A DNA stretch of 64,000 bases from positions 66,030,001 through 66,094,000 of the forward strand of contig OX597827.1 in NCBI GenBank assembly GCA_951406725.2. The letters are read 5' to 3'. Within the stretch, counting starts at the first letter, position 1. Each line of letters starts with the position of its first letter. Shown here piece by piece: positions 57,226-64,000 of this stretch. The position numbers and the translations under genes are program-made. Under the pieces are notes generated by a model. The model did not search any database, was not told the DNA's origin, and saw only the letters and a program-made list of their open reading frames with translations. This DNA comes from Octopus vulgaris (lineage: Eukaryota).

Positions 57226-57720
57226 TAAGGTTGTCCGGAAAGTTCGTGCCGATTTATAGTAGGTTAACTTTCAACTTATTTTCGAACATGGTTGAGTCCG
57301 CAAAATAGGTTTTGACTACATCTCCATTTAGGGCATAGTTTGAGCTATCTTTTTGTGGAAGAAGATTTATGTTCCTCTATAACCTGTGTTAATTCTGTAA
57401 CCCTTTAAAATGGAAGATAAGATAATTCATTTTCGGCACTTGATGATTTGGGAACCGGACAAAAATTGCTGCAGCTCGGTTGGGATGTGTTACTCCACCC
57501 TCCATAATCACCAGATATTGCTCCTTCAGATTTTCACTTATTCAGGTCTCTGCAGAATAGTCGTAATGGTAAAAATTTCAATTCCTTGGATGACGTAAAA
57601 AGATACCTTGATGAATTCTTTGCCACGAGACCACCTCAATTCTCGGAAGAGGGTAATTTCTAGTTAAATGAAAGATGGAGACGCATTGTGCAATAAAATG
57701 TTTCATATTTGGTTGATTAT
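57226..57720 (+). mobile_element. Internally deleted mariner transposon
   Basis: TIR-like TAAGGTTGTCCGGAAAGTTCGTGCCGATT; MEDKIIHFRHLMIWE is fused to QKLLQLGWDVLLHPP*SPDIAPSDFHLFRSLQN..ERWRRIV. Confidence 0.88.
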
Positions 57721-58184
57721 AGATGTAATGACAAAGGGAAAAACGAATTTGACACCCTACTTCCCCTTAGATTTGATGAAAGTTGGTTAAATGGAGAACA
57801 AATGCCGTTGATTAAAGGCTTTACACTAACTATGAGAGCTGATAGTGTGTAAGATTTAGAAAACCTATACGTTTAGTGCGTTGTTGTAATCTTTGTCTCT
57901 GATTTGGGAGGAACAATACCTCTAACAAACTATTCCCTTGGTCATTCCTATTTTACTCCTATTTTTAAGGCCATGCTTTCAGAATTTTTACATGGAAAAA
58001 TGGACTGCAGCATTGTCTACAAATAAAAAACTGCGAGGGTGACTTCGTCAGCATATCCAAAGTGAGATAGGTATACTCTCTATTGACAATTTGACAACCT
58101 CTATATTCTCTGATGAAGCCGACACTCAGCTTAGTCCACTTCAATTATAAAGAGCAAAGGGGATTGGTTTTATAATTAAAAAAA

Positions 58185-58431
58185 TAATAAATGCGCGCTT
58201 TTAAAGCCTAGCCAGGCTCATGGGCCGGGTTTCTATGACGCATGTGTTCCCCAGCTGGACGGGACGTCAGTCCATCGAATCGTTACTCATTTTTGCCAGC
58301 TGAGTGGACTGGAGCAACGTCAAATGAAGTGTTTTGCTCAAGAACACAACGCGTCACCCGGCCCAGGAATCGAAACAACAATCTTAAGATCATGATGCTG
58401 GAACCCTAACCACTAAGCCACGCGCCTCCAC
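58185..58431 (-). mobile_element. CORE-SINE with a 46081-type head and a different tail
   Basis: Reverse complement TGGAGGCGCGTGGCTTAGTGG..GTTTCGATTCC..GTGTTCTTGAGCAAAACACTT..CTCCAGTCCACTCAGCTGGCAAAAATGAGT. Confidence 0.85.
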
Positions 58432-59150
58432 AGGACTAATTTTGTACAAGTAAAATTCCTTGCTGTTGCTGGAATCTATTTAGTAGAACCGTCAGTGATT
58501 TTCAGTAAGCTCGATAGATTTAGACACTTCGCGGTAACAGTTACCACATTTAAATCTGTAACAGTATTCCGTTCGTTTCTTAGTAAACACGCATTTTTCT
58601 ATAGAACTTAATATGAATTTTATATTATAGAACAATGGCGAATAGAATTGATTTAAAATAAATAAATGTTTGTTAAAATTCTGTTTACTATTAATCGTAA
58701 TCTCTGACATCGCAAACGTTTCTAACTTTATCGTCATCCGAAATTTCAAAGGACTTCCTGGAGCAGTCGAAACAATTGCGTAGCAGAAAGATATATAGAC
58801 GCATTTAGATAGGTTTACATTCAAAGTTCAGGAAATTAGTAGCCTTTTGTCAAGTCAAAAATCTAACCATCACCATCATATGAAAATCACTATCTACTTC
58901 GATACCATCAATAATATTTCCGTAGGGTTCCTGCAATGTTTTTGATATTATTCATTTGAACAAAATTGCAGAGTAATAGGAAAGAATGTACAAAAATCTA
59001 TATGTCCTCACGAACACACATATGTGCACGCAACGTCTTCACTATATTTCCATCTCTGCCCCTTACTTTTTATCTCAAATTCTCTCTTACTGCATATATG
59101 TGTCTGTGTATATCCGCGTGCGGATATGTATTTGTATAAATGTATGTACG

Positions 59151-59225
<75 letters not shown>

Positions 59226-60085
59226 ATATATATATCTATATATATATATATGTATATATATACATCAATATACACATAAACGTATACGTATTTATGTGTA
59301 CGTGTGTATGTACATGTATGTATATACATATACATTTAATAATAATAAAAAAAAACTTCATAGAATTCGTTGATATATCAAAGAGACACCGTAGAAAAAC
59401 ATCAGAGAAAAACTTTATCTCGAGTATGATAGTATGTCTGTCTATATGATGTGTATGCAATGAACATATATATATATATATATATGTGTGTGTATACGTG
59501 CGTGAATATGTATGTGTATGTACACACAAACAGTTACTCTTACACACACCCACACCCACACAGACAGGCAAACAAAGTTATATATATGTACATATGTTTA
59601 TTTTAATATTGATTTAAACTAAATTATTCTGTTTTGTGTATCTGACACTTCTTAAAAGGTCAAACAATTTTACCGCCAGAGAAGCGTCAGGTGTCATGAA
59701 GGTCAAAATTACAATACGTAAGTGTAAATACTCAATGTTTTAAATATACCGGGTGCATTATTAAAATGCGGTTTTCCAAATGTGAACCCTGAGATTCTCA
59801 GGTAGATATTTCGACGCCAGTGTAAATCGGTCTGTTTCTTCTACAATTTAACTCCTGGAAATTCCCATCCACTTCAGGTTTGAGCGGTGTTTATATTTTA
59901 TGATATAAAATTAAAGTAAGAAAATGAAAATGCGAGGAAACAGAACGTAAAGCATGCTTATATTTGTTTGGTATTCTATTTAGAAATCAAAAAATCATTA
60001 CAGGCAATAGTCAGCTCGGTGGCATTTGACAGCCTAAACGCAAAGCGACATCATACACACACACACACACAACCCCCCCCCCCAC

Positions 60086-60116
<31 letters not shown>

Positions 60117-60513
60117 CTAGCAGTATCGCCCGGCGTTGCTCGGGTTTGTAAGGGAAATAACTATATAAGCATTTTTAGAGAGTTATAGCCAAAAAATAGC
60201 AAAAAAATGCATTAAAAATTGAAAAAAAATTAAGGTAAATTTTTTTTTAAATCGTTGACACATCGTAGATATTTTTAGAGAGTTATTTCCCTTATATAAA
60301 AGCGAAAAAAATGCATTAAAATGGAAAAAATATGATGGTAATTTCTTTTAAAATCGTAGACTTATCGTAGACGCGCGCTAATACCCAGAAGGGCTCGATA
60401 TGAATCACGACTATAAGATACCCGCTTTTGGTTAAACTGCACTGCAAAATGTGGGAGTAGTTAGGAATCTAAATCGTAGGAGACAGACACACAACTTTAC
60501 TCTTATATAAAGA
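60117..60513 (-). mobile_element. Non-autonomous Helitron
   Basis: Minus strand A|TC...CCCGAGCAACGCCGGG hairpin..CTAG|T; no TSD. Confidence 0.85.
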
Positions 60514-60515
60514 TG

Positions 60516-60842
60516 CTTTTTTTTTCAGTCATAGAGTTAGATTTATGAAGGTCTTCAGTAGAAAATCCTTCGAATTCTGACTCGCTGCTTGATATAATGA
60601 AATTCGTATCCATTTTTTGTCAGAATTACAAATTTTGAAAACACAATAGGAACAAATTTCGGAAAAAAATCTCCCATAATTCACGGAATTAAAATTACAC
60701 TTCGATTTTTGTACAAAACTGTATTTGAAGTGTTTACGAAGTATAATACGTGTTTTCACGAATGTACTAAAGAGATTTACTCTGATATTCTCATTTAAAT
60801 ATGAATAGGTAAATTCGGGCGGTTTGGTAACGAAAGGGTTTA
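60516..60842 (-). mobile_element. piggyBac-like left end with start of an acidic transposase N-terminus
   Basis: Minus strand TAAA-CCCTTTCGTTACC.. terminus, then MDTNFIISSSESEFEGFSTEDL from 60613. Confidence 0.5.
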
Positions 60843-60844
60843 TA

Positions 60845-61286
60845 TAAGTGTCGTCTGTTTATACATAAACACTGTTTCATAGTTTCAGTTTAGTCTTCCT
60901 CAAATCACTGTCGCTAATTTACTCTCTTCCAAGAACATTTTCACTCACTGTTATCTGTTAGCTTCCCATACATTTTACTCATGTATCTATCAGCGTGATA
61001 GACAGAAACAAATATTACATTTACTTTCATTTTATTCGTTGCCCACTGTGTGTGTGCGTTTGCGCGTGGTGTAAACCAGACTAAGAAAAGCATTTGACAC
61101 ACACACCAGAATGTGAGTTTTCTGTAAATTTTGCTTAATTGGAGTTTAAATTTTAAAAAGTGGACCTGGCATGACGCGATGCATTGTACTCTTAAAACTG
61201 CTAGGTAAATTGTAATTGAAGAAATCCTATATTGTAGATTTGTATAACTCCCAAAGGGAGGCAGATAAAATCTGCCTTTTATAATA

Positions 61287-61289
<3 letters not shown>
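60845..61289 (-). mobile_element. Possible Helitron 5' portion
   Basis: Minus strand begins A|TCTTATTATAAAAGGCAG.., similar in style to the neighbouring Helitron starts; no CTAG end found. Confidence 0.35.
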
Positions 61290-61325
<36 letters not shown>

Positions 61326-61365
61326 TTTATTTATTTATATATATATATATATGTATATATATTAA

Positions 61366-61415
<50 letters not shown>

Positions 61416-61517
61416 TAGAGTAACCACGTAAATGCGAAGGAAGGTGGGTAAATAGTACTCGAATATCAGAGGTAGAGTAATATGCTTTATTAAAATGCAG
61501 CAAAAATATGGCAAAGG

Positions 61518-61555
61518 CTGTTACCCAGAATTTCACGTTCCCGTTCATCGGACAG
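61518..61555 (-). ncRNA. Type I hammerhead (CCGATGA variant) in (TA)n-flanked element 61414-61573
   Basis: Minus strand reads CTGT-CCGATGA-ACG-GGAA-CGT-GAAA-TTCTGG-GTA-ACAG. Confidence 0.65.
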
Positions 61556-61571
61556 TTTTGTTTTTAGGAAA

Positions 61572-61640
<69 letters not shown>

Positions 61641-61907
61641 TGTGTGTGTGTGCGTATGTATGCATGTATATATATATCGATGCTATCTGTTCGTAATAGA
61701 CTCCGTCGTGATATCGGTGCTCTCTGACACTGAAATGCTGATTTCTTCCTGAGAAAGTGGCTGTTGTAACGAGTGCAGGCGACCACTAGACGTGGCAATG
61801 CCTTTTATGTAAGGTCTATGGAGCGAAGAGGAATATGCTGTTTCGCGTCCCTGAAAGAAAATCTGCGGTTGTTCAGGCGGTGGTTCCGCGGTGAATTCGA
61901 TAGATTA

Positions 61908-62295
61908 TCTCTCTCTATATAAACGGCAGTTTGTCTGTGCGTGTTTCTGTGTGTCTGTTTTCTCGTACCCTCACCCTGACCACAGCTTTCAACCGATTCT
62001 GATGAAACTTGACACACACATAGCCCAATGTCATAATTCAAAACTAACGCAGCGAAAATTTTGAAAAGTTCCCCCAGTTCTGAAAAGAATCGATAAATTC
62101 GACATAGGGTCGAGAATCAAAAAAAACAAATCACAGACTGTCTAGGGGACGCAACTCAACCTTTTTTTTACTCTCAAAAAAAAATTTACCATCATTTTTT
62201 TTCCATTTTTTTGCTATTTTTTAGCTATAACTCTCTAAAAATGCTTTATAGTGATTTCCCTTACAAACCTGAGCAACGCCGGGCGATACTGCTAG
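61908..62295 (+). mobile_element. Non-autonomous Helitron
   Basis: A|TC...CCTGAGCAACGCCGGG..CTAG|T; the last ~110 bp are shared with the 60117-60513 element. Confidence 0.85.
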
Positions 62296-63256
62296 TAATG
62301 TATAACGACGGTATATGTGCTCTCTACTTGTCCCATAATTACATGTTATTTAGCGGCCCTTGCTGATTAATGGACACAGATAAACAGATTATGTTATTTG
62401 TTTATTAATATCAGAAACATAGGTACAAGTGGTAACTATTGAAAATGTTTTTTTTCATCCTCTTCGAAATTGCTCTTAACCGTCGTTTGGATTTTGGTTG
62501 TTCTTTCTAGCATGTAAGTTGTCCTGTTTAAGGTCACCTCTTTTGTGTATAAGTATACACTAATTTTATTTGAAATATATACATATAAATAAAAATAAAT
62601 CACACATACATACCCACATACACACACACACACACATATATTTATATCGTATATGCATGACTGTATATATGTGTATGACAGAATACACCTATTTATATAC
62701 ACAAAACGTACGAAAGATATTTACTACCATATATCAATGCTGAAAAATAATACAACTGCATTCTGTGTTATAATACGCTTTGATCCCAATATAACCTCTA
62801 ATAATCCAAAGAAGCATTAGGAGAAAGTAAAAAATATCACAGGCAAATACTCTATTCTTTAGACGACAGAGATTTTCTACCGTGTGCATGTGTGCCTGTA
62901 TATATATATATATAGCAAATAGTGTGTGCAAATACGTTTCTGTGTAGTGAACTTTTTGATGTATCTCATACCCATGTGAATATATCAGAATTTCTTTTTA
63001 AATCTACCGGTATATACGTATTTGTGCCACGTAATATTATCATTTGTCACAATAAATTCATTTCTCGTAGCTCTTAACGTATTGGGAGATGTTGGATTTG
63101 GAATTTCATATCCAAAAACAGGAAAGGAAAACAATAAACCGAAGAATGTGCTTGTGTTCGCGTGCGCATACGCATTTGTTTATGAATATATCCTCATTTA
63201 TGTGATACATTGCTTTTCCGTCATATGAACTACACACACAAGAACACACATACACA

Positions 63257-63291
<35 letters not shown>

Positions 63292-63348
63292 TAGAATTTT
63301 TTACGTAATGAGATAAAAAACTATGTGTAGATAAAACATTTATAGATA

Positions 63349-63402
63349 TGTCTTACAGCTGTTTCCAGGATATTTAATAATTATATCCATTCATCGGAGA
63401 CA
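63349..63402 (-). ncRNA. Type I hammerhead (CCGATGA variant), Penelope pLTR-like remnant 63295-63630
   Basis: Minus strand reads TGTCT-CCGATGA-atGGATAT..ATATCCtg-GAAAC-AGCT-GTA-AGACA; homolog of 39192. Confidence 0.68.
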
Positions 63403-63630
63403 GTATGAGAGCATGGTTAAGTAATAGTTAATTTAGATAGGATACAAAATAGAGAGTAAGGTGGAGGAAAGTAAATAGATGTGAGATATGAAGGGATATT
63501 GAAGTTGTAGATCCACTTTTAGGCAGAATGGTATATATGTAAGATTCCAATACTTTATGAGTGAGATCCAGCAGTATTTAAACTTGGTCATTCCAAGTAC
63601 AGAATTTATGCACAGTGTTGTAGAGGCAAA

Positions 63631-63671
<41 letters not shown>

Positions 63672-63772
63672 TTAAACCAAACATGAAAACACAAAGAGAA
63701 AACACAACAACGCGAGGACGTGGAACAAATATAGTATTATTGGACGCTCAGGAAGGAAGGGAAGAAGGAGGC

Positions 63773-63805
63773 TTTTACGTTTCGAGCGGAGCTCTTCGTC
63801 AGAAA
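63773..63805 (-). ncRNA. Canonical minimal type I hammerhead in (TA)n-flanked element 63670-63858
   Basis: Minus strand reads TTT-CTGACGA-A-GAGC-TCC-GCTC-GAAAC-GTA-AAA; stem III is reduced to the palindrome ACGT. Confidence 0.8.
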
Positions 63806-64000
63806 CATAGCAAAAGGAAAGATCCAGAGAAGGGAAGACGGAGGAAAAAAATCGCCAATATATATATATGCGCATTTATGTATGGATGCATATATGTGTG
63901 TATATGTATATGCATATGAGGCTATATATATATGCGGATATTTCATCGTAATTATACATACACACACACTACGTGTGAGCTGAATGTCCATATCAATTGA

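Noticed and set aside
58105-58135. CTGATGA on the plus strand (similar hits at 2113, 32597, 51671, 61999)
   Set aside because: No stem II/GAAA/stem III in register.

Overview
This is AT-rich eukaryotic intronic or intergenic DNA, very dense in (TA)n, (CA)n, (TAA)n and (CAT)n microsatellites. The SINE repertoire suggests an octopus or other coleoid cephalopod genome (recognition, not a database result). No host protein-coding gene can be supported, and most ORF-track entries are microsatellite artefacts. Recognisable mobile DNA: a 5'-truncated RTE-type LINE with an open frame; several Dong/R4-type restriction-endonuclease retroelement ends sitting strand-specifically in (TAA)n; degenerate DDE transposases (Sola2-like, mariner, maT-like, a piggyBac end); two non-autonomous Helitrons; MITE/foldback hairpins; and many tRNA-derived SINEs. 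The main unexpected signal is about ten type-I hammerhead ribozyme motifs, some canonical and some core variants, from about six sequence families. Most sit in short non-coding elements next to (TA)n tracts. Two of these elements are terminally redundant units (404 bp and 490 bp periods) that look like reverse-transcribed circular or tandem RNAs (retrozyme or Penelope pLTR-like).
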